DNA from: Ruthenibacterium lactatiformans
Lineage (GTDB): Bacteria > Actinomycetota > Coriobacteriia > Coriobacteriales > QAMH01
Assembly (NCBI GenBank): GCA_963614215.1
Contig: CAVECB010000006.1
Span: 3,424 to 67,423, forward strand
Length of the DNA: 64,000 bases
Direction: 5' to 3'
Part shown: piece by piece, positions 47,638 through 56,672 of the stretch
Layout of the letters: each line of letters starts with the position of its first letter
Position numbering within the stretch: the first letter of the stretch is position 1
Position numbers and translations under genes: made by a program
Notes under the pieces: generated by a model
What the model saw: only the letters and a program-made list of their open reading frames with translations
Told to the model about the DNA's origin: nothing
Database searches by the model: none

Positions 47638-48933
47638 TCATGCCCCGAGCAGCGCAGCAGGAACCACCATCACCCCGTCATCACGTGTATAGGCAAGAGT
47701 CCCCCGCCCCACCACCACAGCAAGAAAAGCAGGTTCGGCGTTTCGTGCGGCGGAGTTTGCCAGCACCTTTTTGCGCAAAGCCTTCAAGTTCGCCGCGCCC
47801 TCGTCTGCCTTCGTGTCACTAAGCTTCACCTCGATGCCGCCCCATCGCCCGCCGGACTCGACGATGGCGTCGACCTCGAGGCCGGCATCGTCGCGGTAGT
47901 AATGAACGCCGTTGCCAAGGCCTGCATATGTCGAGACGAAGACCCTCAGATCCCGGATGACGAGGTTTTCGAAAAGCAGCCCGAGCGTCTGGGTGTCGTG
48001 AAGGAGGCGATCGCCGCTCGCCCCGAGAAGGGATGCCGCAAGAGACGGGTCGCAAAAACACCGTTTCGGCTTGGTTCTGACCCGCGCCTTCGCGCGCATG
48101 GGAGGCGCCCATCCGTAAAGGCTTTCCACGAGCTTCAGGCGCTCGAAAAGTTCGAGATACGCAGAGACAGTCTCCTCGACGGGCGCGTCGCCGCCACAAG
48201 CAGCGTCCTTCGCGAGAGTTTTGAGCGTCACCGCCTGCTCGACGTTTACGGCAAGCGCACGCATGAGGGCAAGCGCCGTCTGGGGCGAACGTCCCTCTTG
48301 GACGACGTTGGCATCGAGTACCGCGTTTATATACTGGGCCGCGGTCTCCGCTGCAGCGTCGTCTGAAAGAGCGAGATTCGCGGGCCAACCGCCACGCAGA
48401 CACCAGCGCGCGACATCGGCAAGCGAGGTCTCGCAGCGCTGCGGGGAAAGCGAGTCCCCCTGCAGCAGGGATGCAAGCGATACCGCGCCAGTCGAATCCC
48501 CGGACTCGACAAGGCTCATCGGCCGCATCGAAAGCCGCGCTATGCGCCCCGCCCCCGAATGCCTGACCTTGTCGCGTTCCTTGGGCTTTAGGGCGCTCGA
48601 CCCCGTGAGCAGAAGCGCCCCCTTTTCGTTTCCCGAGTCGTCGACGAAGCGACGGGCGGCATCCCACACCTGCGGAACCTCCTGCCACTCGTCCACAAGG
48701 TGCGGGCGTTTCCCGACCAACGCCAAAGACGGGTCCATCTGGGCCGTCGCGCGCTCGGCGTCGTCGTCAAGCTTGGTCATGCTCGCCGCCCGCGTCCGAG
48801 CTGTCCACGTCTTCCCGCACCACTTCGGCCCGCTGATTTCAACACAACCAAACGAGCGCATGAGGGCGTCCAGCCGCCCCTCGACGAGGCGCGGGCGATA
48901 CCCTTTCGGCGTGAGTCGTTCCCCGTTTTTCAT
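47638..48933 (-). CDS. orphan AAA ATPase (AAA_14 + DUF4143-like)
   Basis: 431 aa. Walker A GPKWCGKT. The C-terminal half is typical of DUF4143-type ATPases. AGGAGGG RBS. Confidence 0.83.
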   Translation of the reverse strand: MKNGERLTPKGYRPRLVEGRLDALMRSFGCVEISGPKWCGKTWTARTRAASMTKLDDDAERATAQMDPSLALVGKRPHLVDEWQEVPQVWDAARRFVDDSGNEKGALLLTGSSALKPKERDKVRHSGAGRIARLSMRPMSLVESGDSTGAVSLASLLQGDSLSPQRCETSLADVARWCLRGGWPANLALSDDAAAETAAQYINAVLDANVVQEGRSPQTALALMRALAVNVEQAVTLKTLAKDAACGGDAPVEETVSAYLELFERLKLVESLYGWAPPMRAKARVRTKPKRCFCDPSLAASLLGASGDRLLHDTQTLGLLFENLVIRDLRVFVSTYAGLGNGVHYYRDDAGLEVDAIVESGGRWGGIEVKLSDTKADEGAANLKALRKKVLANSAARNAEPAFLAVVVGRGTLAYTRDDGVMVVPAALLGA

Positions 48934-48964
48934 ACGCCCTCCTAGCTGCGGTTCATTTCTACAA

Positions 48965-49056
48965 TTAGGATTTTACGACAAATGCAGTTAGGAAAATACG
49001 GGTTTTTCAATTAGGAAAAAACGAATCTCTTGGTTAGGAAAAACGGGCGGGCGCAG
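48965..49056. repeat. four direct repeats with exact 23-bp phasing (TTAGGAwwwwACG core), iteron-like
   Basis: TTAGGA at 48965, 48988, 49011 and 49034. Units are ttaggattttacg..., ttaggaaaatacg..., ttaggaaaaaacg..., ttaggaaaaacgg... Lies directly upstream of the ATPase start (48933). Confidence 0.88.
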
Positions 49057-49064
49057 CGCCCGCC
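49039..49064 (-). terminator. probable terminator of the HxlR-family gene
   Basis: GGCGGGCGC (49046-49054) pairs with GCGCCCGCC (49056-49064). On the minus strand this is followed by CGTTTTTCC. Confidence 0.55.
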
Positions 49065-49142
49065 GCCCCCCGATTGCACGGATGGAAATCTAGACTTTTC
49101 GTGTCTACGAAAACTTTAGCATCACGATTGCAGCGCCGCGCT

Positions 49143-49529
49143 TCAGTTACCTACGTGAAAGTCGCAGTGCTGACAGTGCGTGGGCGCGTCGGCGCGTATC
49201 TCGCGGTGGAAAAGGCCGGCCCACTTACAGATGTCCTGCAAAATGGGTACCACCGAGGCGCCTTTGGGGGTGAGCGAATACTCGACGCGCGGCGGTATCT
49301 CGTCGAAGCTCTCGCGCGCGACGAGGGCATCGGCCATCAACTCTTTTAGCGTCGCCGACAGCACCGCATCCGATATGTTGGCCATCTCGTGGCGCAGCTC
49401 GCTGTAGCGCAGGCGCTCCTTGGCCGCGAGCACGCAGATAATGCGTGACTTCCACCTGCCCCCAAATACGTCGAGGCCGTATTCGAGCGGGCAGCGTATG
49501 TCCTTTTCCAGCTTCCTCTTGTGCGCCAT
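49143..49529 (-). CDS. HxlR-family transcriptional regulator
   Basis: ATG at 49527-49529 (MAHKRKLEKDIRCPLEYGLDVFGGRWKSRII...PPRVEYSLTPKG) within ORF 49143-49748. Confidence 0.85.
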   Translation of the reverse strand: MAHKRKLEKDIRCPLEYGLDVFGGRWKSRIICVLAAKERLRYSELRHEMANISDAVLSATLKELMADALVARESFDEIPPRVEYSLTPKGASVVPILQDICKWAGLFHREIRADAPTHCQHCDFHVGN

Positions 49530-49890
49530 CGTCTCGCGTATTCCCTTCGTGTCCGCCGGCTTTTTTGCTAGGCCAGGCGCTTGCCCCCGACCATCTTCAA
49601 GTTCTCGCGCAGGTTCGCGAGCGTCTTGAGCATATGCTGGCATTTCTGCGGCATTTTCGCCATAGTGAAGCTCCTTTACCGCGTACAATGCTGCGCCCGC
49701 GCGCGCGGCGATGAGCGCAGCGGTGTGCACCCAAGTATTCACCGGCAACGGGTGAAATACCAGTAACTAAGAAAAAGATGAGCGACTCATCTTTTGCCCC
49801 ATGTCTCGCGCTTCGCGTGGCAGCTCCGTATCGTAGAGCGCATGAAGACGGCGCCGGCAAGGAGCGCCGCGCAAGCGAGAGGAGCTCGTC

Positions 49891-50181
49891 ATGAGCGTCA
49901 AAGCCTACCTGCAAGTGACCATGACCATCGACCCCGAGAATCGCCCGGCGGCGGCGAAAGTCTACGCCGATTACCGCCAGCCCTTCCTCGACCAGATCGA
50001 CGGCGCTCTGACCAAGGAACTGCTCGTGCGCGACGCCGATGTGCAAGTCTCGCACGGCTTCGATTCTGTCGAACACGCAAAGGCCTACCTGGAAAGCGAG
50101 CTGTTCACCCAGACCGTCGCGCCGGCCCTCAAGCCGACCTGGGCGGCAGACCCCGACATCCGCATCTACGAGGTCGCATAA
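49891..50181 (+). CDS. small hypothetical protein (possible alpha+beta barrel)
   Basis: 96 aa. GAGAGGAG RBS. No diagnostic motif. Confidence 0.55.
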   Translation: MSVKAYLQVTMTIDPENRPAAAKVYADYRQPFLDQIDGALTKELLVRDADVQVSHGFDSVEHAKAYLESELFTQTVAPALKPTWAADPDIRIYEVA

Positions 50182-50270
50182 GGCACAAGCATCCGGCAGG
50201 CGCGCCGCAACGCCTGTGCGGCCACATAGAACATGCGCGGCGCGCATTCACTGAGAGAAAGGAAGCGACC

Positions 50271-50714
50271 ATGAAATCCACCGCATATGCAAAGACCGTG
50301 AAGACCCCGCAAGGACTTGCCGTGGAAAACAGCGTACGCGAGTTTTCCCTCGTGTGCGACGAGCCCGTCGAATCCGGCGGGACGAACACGGGGATGAACC
50401 CGGTCGAGGCGCTGCTGTCGGCGCTCGGCAGCTGCATGACCATCGCCGCGTTCTACCTCGCGGAAAGCCAGGGCATCAAGCTCGAGAGCTTCAGCGTCGA
50501 CCTGGAAGGCGACATCGACACGGACGGCTTCATGGGCGTGAACCCCGACTTGCGCTGCGGCTTTTCCGAAATCCGCGTCACAGCGCACATCAAGTGCGAT
50601 GCCGACGAGGCCAGGGCCAAAGAGTTCGTCGCCTTCGTGAAGAGCCGCTGCCCGGTCAGCGACAACGTGGCCAACCCCACGCCTATCGTGGTGAGCGGCA
50701 TCGTCGTCGAGTAG
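50271..50714 (+). CDS. OsmC/Ohr-family peroxiredoxin-like protein
   Basis: ATG at 50271 within ORF 49794-50714. NPVEALLSALGSCMT and CPV motifs (the two OsmC cysteines). Confidence 0.88.
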   Translation: MKSTAYAKTVKTPQGLAVENSVREFSLVCDEPVESGGTNTGMNPVEALLSALGSCMTIAAFYLAESQGIKLESFSVDLEGDIDTDGFMGVNPDLRCGFSEIRVTAHIKCDADEARAKEFVAFVKSRCPVSDNVANPTPIVVSGIVVE

Positions 50715-50901
50715 GATTCGCGAAACCTTTCGCAGGCAGGCGCACGAGCGTCCACGCGGCAGGCCCGCGAGAAACAACACCACCACACGGCTGCCCGACT
50801 GCTCGCAAAGCGGCAAGCGGGCGGCTGCGTTTCACCCGCATGACGGACCCGCGTTTCACCAGCGCAGCACGCCGTGTGCATTTCATCTGGAGGGAAGAGA
50901 C

Positions 50902-51828
50902 ATGGCATCGACGATCGCGGGACAGATGGCCTCCTTCGCGCTCATGCTCGCGATCGGCTTTCTCTGCGCGCGCGCAGGCGTCGTCTCCCGCTCGTCGCTG
51001 CCCACGGCAATCGCCCTTTCGACCAAGGTGTTCCTGCCCGCGATGCTGTTCTCGATCATCTGCGAACGCATGGACAGCGACCTCGTGTGCGCGCAACTGC
51101 CCATGGCGGCGCTCGCGCTCGTGTTCTACCCCGCGATCGTCGTCGTGATGAAGCTGCTGGCGGCGGCACTGCATCTCGAAGGGGAAAGATCAGCCGCTTT
51201 TCGCATGGTGTTCATCTTCGGCAACACGGGCTTCATCGGCCTGCCCATACTCGTCGCGGTGTTTCCCGACACCGGCACGGCCAACCTCGTCTTCTTCGCG
51301 ATTGTCGACCAGCTGGCGTTTTGGACCTACGGCGCCTCGCTTGCCCGGACAGGCGCGGGCGCACCCGGCGGCAAGGCGATGGCGAAGGGGTTTTTCAACC
51401 CCAACATCGTAGCGATGGGGCTCGCGCTTGCATGCGTTGGCGCCGAGCTGCCGATGCCCGAGGCAGCAGTCGGGTTTCTGGGCACAATCGGCGCGGCCGC
51501 GACGCCGCTTTGCATGGTCTGCCTCGGGGCTCTGTGCCGGCTCTCGAACCTGAAGCAGGTGCTGCGGGAAAGAGAGCTCTACGTCGGCGTGCTGGCGAAG
51601 ATGGTGGCGCTGCCCCTGTGCGCGGCGCCCCTCCTCGGGATGCTGCCCCTGGCCCGCGACGTGTCCGCCTCGATGGTTTTGATGATGGGCATGCCCCCGA
51701 CGGTGCTTGTCCCCCTCGTCATCGAGGCAAACGGCGGGGACGGCCCGTATGCCACCGCGCTGTCGGTCGCCGCCGTAGCGCTTGCCGTGCTGACGCTGCC
51801 GCTCGTCGCCTGCCTTTCCGGCATCTGA
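50902..51828 (+). CDS. AEC (auxin efflux carrier) family transporter
   Basis: 308 aa, 10-TM pattern. GGAGGGAAGAGA RBS. Confidence 0.82.
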   Translation: MASTIAGQMASFALMLAIGFLCARAGVVSRSSLPTAIALSTKVFLPAMLFSIICERMDSDLVCAQLPMAALALVFYPAIVVVMKLLAAALHLEGERSAAFRMVFIFGNTGFIGLPILVAVFPDTGTANLVFFAIVDQLAFWTYGASLARTGAGAPGGKAMAKGFFNPNIVAMGLALACVGAELPMPEAAVGFLGTIGAAATPLCMVCLGALCRLSNLKQVLRERELYVGVLAKMVALPLCAAPLLGMLPLARDVSASMVLMMGMPPTVLVPLVIEANGGDGPYATALSVAAVALAVLTLPLVACLSGI

Positions 51829-52019
51829 ATGTCCAGCGCTGCATTTACCCAGACGCACACTGTACATCATGTACGCGGCACCTATATTTGCTACAATGCC
51901 GCCCGATAAACCCGAGCGTGGATTTTTCCAGGCGCAAAACGTCTCTTTTCGCCACGCAACCGCAGCGCCGAGCCTCGAGCCTGACGGCGCACGATTGCAA
52001 AAGGAGCGTGTCGCAGTCC

Positions 52020-53015
52020 ATGCAAGAACAGCAGTCGCCAAAGCCGTCACAACGAGATTTACCCACCGTGCGGGCCGATTCGCAACCTCTCGAAAAAGGC
52101 GCCGGCGGGAGCGCGCGTGCCTTTGAAGCGCAAAACCTAAAAGTCCGCGCCGCGGCTCTCGTGTGCCTGGGCGGGGCGTGCTACGGCTTCAACGCGACCT
52201 GCTACAAGTTCTCGTATGCCGCAGGTTTCAGTTCCGCCCAGACCGCAGCCGCCCAGATATGGTTCGCGTTTTTCTTCTTTGCGGCGCTGCTTTTCGCCCG
52301 CCGCGTCACGGGGCGCAAATGGGACAAAATCGGGGTGGGCAACGCGCTCAAGCTCATGGGGACAGGGTGCGTCACCTGTCTGACGACTATCCTCTACACC
52401 TATGCCATGAGCGTGCTGCCGGTTCCACTGGCCTTGACGCTGCTCTTCCAGTTCACCTGGATGGGAACGGCCATCCAAGTTGTCTCGACGCGACGCGCGC
52501 CTGCCGCTTGCCAAGTCGTGTCTGCCCTCGTCATCTTGCTGGGAACGGTGTTTGCAAGCGGCCTGTACGCCACTGACCTCTCGAACTGTAACCCTTGGGG
52601 CATCGCCGCCGGCCTCCTTGCTGCCGCGTGCTGCGCGTCGTTTCTGGCGCTTTCCGGGCGGGTGCACCCGGACTGCTCGCAGGCGCAGCGCGGGTTTCTC
52701 ATCTGCGGCGGCGCGGTGGTCCTGTCCCACGTCATCTGCCCGGATTTCCTCGTCTGTGGCGTCTTGACCCAAGGCATAGCGCCGTTTGGCCTCGTCACCG
52801 GAGCGCTGGGATTCTTCTTGCCCGTGCTGCTCTTTAGCTTGGGCGCCCCGCACATCCCGACGGGGCTTTCAGCAGTGCTTGCCGCCTCCGAGCTGCCCGC
52901 CGGCCTGCTTGTCGCCATGTGCGTGCTGGGCGAGCCCCTCGGCGCAATCGAATGGGCGGGTGTTGCCGTCATTCTTGCCGGCGTCTGCATCGCGCAACTG
53001 CAGCTGCGCTCTTGA
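52020..53015 (+). CDS. DMT/EamA-like transporter
   Basis: ATG at 52020 within ORF 50874-53015. The upstream part of that ORF overlaps the AEC gene and is rejected. About 10 TM segments in two similar halves. Confidence 0.72.
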   Translation: MQEQQSPKPSQRDLPTVRADSQPLEKGAGGSARAFEAQNLKVRAAALVCLGGACYGFNATCYKFSYAAGFSSAQTAAAQIWFAFFFFAALLFARRVTGRKWDKIGVGNALKLMGTGCVTCLTTILYTYAMSVLPVPLALTLLFQFTWMGTAIQVVSTRRAPAACQVVSALVILLGTVFASGLYATDLSNCNPWGIAAGLLAAACCASFLALSGRVHPDCSQAQRGFLICGGAVVLSHVICPDFLVCGVLTQGIAPFGLVTGALGFFLPVLLFSLGAPHIPTGLSAVLAASELPAGLLVAMCVLGEPLGAIEWAGVAVILAGVCIAQLQLRS

Positions 53016-53024
53016 GGCAGGCGC

Positions 53025-53351
53025 CTACGCCACGACCGTCTTGTAGTATGTCCCGAATTCAGCAAGCGAGTCGATGACCGGCATCATCTGCCGTCCAAGC
53101 TCGGTAAGACCGTACTCCACGCGCGGCGGGTTCTCGCCATAATCGCGACGAAAGACCAGGCCGTCGCTTTCCATCTGGCGCAGGCTATCGGTGAGCACCT
53201 TTTGCGAGATGCCGTCGAGGTCGCGCCGCAGCTCGTTGAAACGCCAAGAGCGGACGCGCAGATTGCGGATGATGAGCAGTTTCCACTTGCCGCCCACAAG
53301 CGCCACCGCCGTGGCGACCGGGCACTCCGGAAGCTCTTCTCTGCTCTTCAT
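53025..53351 (-). CDS. HxlR-family transcriptional regulator
   Basis: Preferred ATG at 53349-53351 (MKSREELPECPVATAVALVGGKWKLLII...PPRVEYGLTELG) with GGGGAGG RBS. ORF track extends to 53369. Confidence 0.87.
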   Translation of the reverse strand: MKSREELPECPVATAVALVGGKWKLLIIRNLRVRSWRFNELRRDLDGISQKVLTDSLRQMESDGLVFRRDYGENPPRVEYGLTELGRQMMPVIDSLAEFGTYYKTVVA

Positions 53352-53501
53352 GGGCGCCTCCCCTTTCATCTTGTCGCGGGAAAACCCGCAATTGCGCAGT
53401 TACAAAAAAGTGCGTACTCGATTTCGCATGCGCTATGACCTTGAATATAACCCACGCAAGGGATTCTTGCGAGCCATTTGAAACGAAGGAAAGGAAACGT
53501 C

Positions 53502-53855
53502 ATGGCAAACTACGCGAAGACCAACATCGGCGACGAGGCGCGAGTGGAACTGCACGAGGCCCTTGGCCTCACCGGCGCGGAGGTGAGCATCAACAAGCTG
53601 CCCGCGGGCGCAGGGGTGCCGTTCGTGCACGCGCACAAGCAAAACGAGGAGATTTACGGCATCCTCGCCGGCCGCGGCTGGGCGACAATCGACGGCGAGG
53701 AAATCGGGCTTGCGGCCGGCGACTGGTTGCGCGTCGCGCCCGCGGCAAAGCGACAGTTCCACGCCGCCGACGACGAGGGCATCACCTACGCGTGCATCCA
53801 AGTGAAGCAGGGATCTCTCGAGGCGTTCACGGCCGAAGATGCCGTCATGTGCTAG
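53502..53855 (+). CDS. cupin-domain protein
   Basis: ATG at 53502 after AAGGAAAGGAAA. G(X)5HxH-like FVHAHKQNEEIY and a second cupin motif GDWLRV. Confidence 0.8.
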   Translation: MANYAKTNIGDEARVELHEALGLTGAEVSINKLPAGAGVPFVHAHKQNEEIYGILAGRGWATIDGEEIGLAAGDWLRVAPAAKRQFHAADDEGITYACIQVKQGSLEAFTAEDAVMC

Positions 53856-53943
53856 GCCCATCCGACCAAAACCAAAGGCGAGGCGGCGGGGACGAAGCGC
53901 ACATCCCATCGTCCCCAAACACTCAGTGCCCAAGTGAATTTGA

Positions 53944-54021
53944 CATCGACGAAACTTGTTTGATTTGCAAGTTTCGTCGATGCAATAGTCAAAACTTGCA
54001 CAAGATGCAAGTTTTGACTAT
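53944..54021. promoter_or_regulatory. two adjacent perfect palindromes sharing an AAACTTG(CA) core, upstream of the second AAA ATPase
   Basis: IR1: catcgacgaaacttg (53944-53958) pairs with caagtttcgtcgatg (53968-53982). IR2: atagtcaaaacttgca (53985-54000) pairs with tgcaagttttgactat (54006-54021). TTGACA at 53940-53945. ATG at 54057. Confidence 0.6.
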
Positions 54022-54056
54022 CGTGAAAGCCGGCATCCGCGAGGAAGGCGACTTAC

Positions 54057-55334
54057 ATGATCATCCGACAGAAATACCTAAACAAGCTCATAGCCTTCCA
54101 AGACACCGATCTAGTGAAAGTGGTCACCGGCATCCGTCGCTGTGGAAAGTCCACCTTGCTCGACATGATGCGCGAATATCTCGCACAACAGGGAGTTCCC
54201 GAAAACCGTCTACTCACATTCAAAATGGAATCGATGGAGCTTGCGGGCATCAGCGACTACCGCGCGCTATACGACCTTGTTGTGAACCGGATTGCAGGCC
54301 AGCCTCATACCTATCTGTTTTTCGACGAACTGCAAAACGTCGAGGGGTGGGAAAAGGCCGTGAACGCGTTGCGCGTGGACGTCGATTGCGACATCTACGC
54401 AACCGGTTCGAATGCGTTTTTGCTCTCCAGCGAGCTGGCAACCCTCATTTCCGGCCGCTACGTCGAGATATCCATGCAGCCGCTCACCTTCGCCGAATAC
54501 CTCGATTTCCGGGAAGCGACATGGCAGCCCGCCAGCAAGGCGGAATCCGACATAGCCCTGTTCGCAAACGGGTCGTTTGCCACCCTCTCCAGCCTGTTCG
54601 AACAGTATCGCATGTTCGGCGGTTTTCCCTATCTGGCGCTCAAGGAACCCGACGAGACAACACACCGCGAATATCTGCACAGCATCTATCAGACGATAGT
54701 CGTACGCGACATCATGATGCGGGCGCAACGCAGCGGACTGCGGGCAGTGAGCAACCAAAACGTGCTCGAGCGCATCTGCGCGTTTCTGGCCGACAACATC
54801 GGCAACGAGACGTCTGCGAACAAGATATCCGGCACCTTGAAGGCAGACGGGCAATCGACGAACAGGGCAACCACCGAGTTCTACATATCGACGCTAGTGG
54901 AGGCCTACCTGTTCCGGCGCGTGCCACGCTACGACATAAAAGGGCGCGAGCTGTTGAAGACGGGCGGCAAGTACTATATCGCAGACACGGGTCTGCGCAG
55001 CTACTTGGACAGCTACCGCAATAGCGACAGCGGACGCGTACTCGAGAATTTAGTGTACAACCAGCTTGTGTTCGATGATTACGATGTGCTGGTCGGGCAC
55101 TTGCGCGGTGGAGAGGTCGATTTCGTGGCCACAAAGCCGCGACGCAAGATGTACGTGCAAGTCACGGAGGACATGCGCGACGAAGAGACCATGCGACGCG
55201 AGCTTGCGCCGCTCAGGCGCATCGGCGACGAGTATCGCAAGGTCGTGGTGGTCGCAAACGGCGATTATCCCGCAGATGTCGACGGCATCGAGATCGTGAA
55301 CATCGTCGATTTTCTCTTGCATCGGCAGGTGTGA
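54057..55334 (+). CDS. orphan AAA ATPase (AAA_14 + DUF4143-like)
   Basis: 425 aa. Walker A GIRRCGKST, Walker B YLFFDELQ. DUF4143-like C-terminal half. Confidence 0.87.
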   Translation: MIIRQKYLNKLIAFQDTDLVKVVTGIRRCGKSTLLDMMREYLAQQGVPENRLLTFKMESMELAGISDYRALYDLVVNRIAGQPHTYLFFDELQNVEGWEKAVNALRVDVDCDIYATGSNAFLLSSELATLISGRYVEISMQPLTFAEYLDFREATWQPASKAESDIALFANGSFATLSSLFEQYRMFGGFPYLALKEPDETTHREYLHSIYQTIVVRDIMMRAQRSGLRAVSNQNVLERICAFLADNIGNETSANKISGTLKADGQSTNRATTEFYISTLVEAYLFRRVPRYDIKGRELLKTGGKYYIADTGLRSYLDSYRNSDSGRVLENLVYNQLVFDDYDVLVGHLRGGEVDFVATKPRRKMYVQVTEDMRDEETMRRELAPLRRIGDEYRKVVVVANGDYPADVDGIEIVNIVDFLLHRQV

Positions 55335-55390
55335 AAACGCCGCGCAAAGCCCGGCCCATCGAAGGCCGGCGACCAAACCGGCACCCGTTT

Positions 55391-55424
55391 GGGGTCGCGC
55401 TTGCCTAGGGGTCGCGCTTGCCTC
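55391..55424. repeat. 17-bp tandem duplication
   Basis: ggggtcgcgcttgccta / ggggtcgcgcttgcctc, in the convergent intergenic region. Confidence 0.85.
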
Positions 55425-55441
55425 GCGCCGCCCCCTCTCGC

Positions 55442-55909
55442 CTACTCGTCCTTAAACTCGCCGAGGCGCTCGTTTAGGCGCTTGTCGGCAGCGTTCATGC
55501 AGATGAAGGTGATGATGCACGAGAACGCCAAGGCCGCCACGCAGATGATGGTGAACAGGACAAATCCCCGCATCGAGCACCAGCCCGAACCGAACACCCA
55601 GCCGGTGATGATGACATAGCCCCCGATGCCGAAGGCAGCGATGCGGGCGATTTTCGGAAAGCGCACGGCCGCCTTCTCGCAAAAGCAGGCGCAGCCCCAA
55701 AAAGACATGCACAGGCAGATGGCCAGCGAAACCCATATGTCGCGCACGGCCTCGCCCGTAGCAATTGTGCCCGCGCCACTCCAGTCGGGCAAAAGCTCAA
55801 ACAGCGACCAGCATATGATGGTGATGGTGAAGCTCAGGGTCGTGGCACCGGCAAGCGCGCCTGCCATCGTGCCTTTTTTCGTGTTCCCGTTTCCGTCTTT
55901 CATCTTCAT
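55442..55909 (-). CDS. DUF3021-like small membrane protein
   Basis: ATG at 55907-55909 (MKMKDGNG...) with GAAGAGGAAGG RBS. Four TM segments. Typical partner of stand-alone LytTR regulators. Confidence 0.68.
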   Translation of the reverse strand: MKMKDGNGNTKKGTMAGALAGATTLSFTITIICWSLFELLPDWSGAGTIATGEAVRDIWVSLAICLCMSFWGCACFCEKAAVRFPKIARIAAFGIGGYVIITGWVFGSGWCSMRGFVLFTIICVAALAFSCIITFICMNAADKRLNERLGEFKDE

Positions 55910-56003
55910 GCCTTCCTCTTCACCCGCCCCCTTCAAGAGAAGCGGAGGTTTTTCAATCCGTGCGCGCCTCGGCAAGACGCGCCTTCCACAACACCCGCAG
56001 TGT

Positions 56004-56444
56004 TCACAATCCGAGCAGCTTTTTGACCTGCGGGGCATACGCCCTCGAGATGACGGTCTGCTCGCCGTTGCTCAGCTCGGCCAGCATCCTGCCGCCCAGC
56101 TCCGTGCGAAGGCTCGTCACCTCCTTGAGGTTCACAACCGTGGACTTGCCCGTCCGCACGAAACCGCAGCCTGCAAGCTTGTCTTCCACCTCGTAGAGGC
56201 GCATGGGCGTCTCCAGCACAAGGTCTGCAGTGTAGAAAAAGCTCTTCTTGTCCACCGACTCGAAATAGAGCACCTCGGCGGCGGGCACAATGCGCATGGC
56301 TCCGTCGCTTGCAAATCCCGTGAGCTTGCGATCGTGCAAGCGCAGGCGCGACATCGCGGCGATCAGCTCCGCGTCGATGCGCGGGGCGCGAAAGATCACC
56401 TCCACGTCTGCAAGCGTCGCATCTTCTTCGACGACGATTTTCAT
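56004..56444 (-). CDS. LytTR-family DNA-binding protein (no receiver domain)
   Basis: 146 aa. ...VLYFESVDKKSFFYTADLVLETPMRLYEVEDKL...FVRTGKSTVVNL is the LytTR pattern. Confidence 0.85.
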   Translation of the reverse strand: MKIVVEEDATLADVEVIFRAPRIDAELIAAMSRLRLHDRKLTGFASDGAMRIVPAAEVLYFESVDKKSFFYTADLVLETPMRLYEVEDKLAGCGFVRTGKSTVVNLKEVTSLRTELGGRMLAELSNGEQTVISRAYAPQVKKLLGL

Positions 56445-56672
56445 CTGGCGTTCCTTTCATCATTGCCGGCGATGGGCATAGTAGCGCCGCGCGAGACGGG
56501 CGTGGGCGGGCGGCAGACCAAGTTGCGCCGCAGGGGCGCCAAGATGCATAAAGGAGCAGTAAGCGGCCTATCTCGCGAACCTCTTCGAGGATGTGGGGCT
56601 GCGCAACGCCCACCTCGATTTCAGGCTGGCGCGTTCATTTCACCCGCCACCTCGACTTTCGAAAATTTGTTC

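Noticed and set aside
48965-49056. Possible CRISPR array
   Set aside because: The conserved part is only 13 bp with 10-bp variable segments, there are only four units, and no cas genes are present. This does not fit CRISPR repeat/spacer dimensions.
50874-52019. Upstream 382 codons of the 713-aa ORF 50874-53015
   Set aside because: This part overlaps the AEC transporter gene (50902-51828) in another frame and is Arg-rich. Only the part from the ATG at 52020 has a transporter-like TM pattern.
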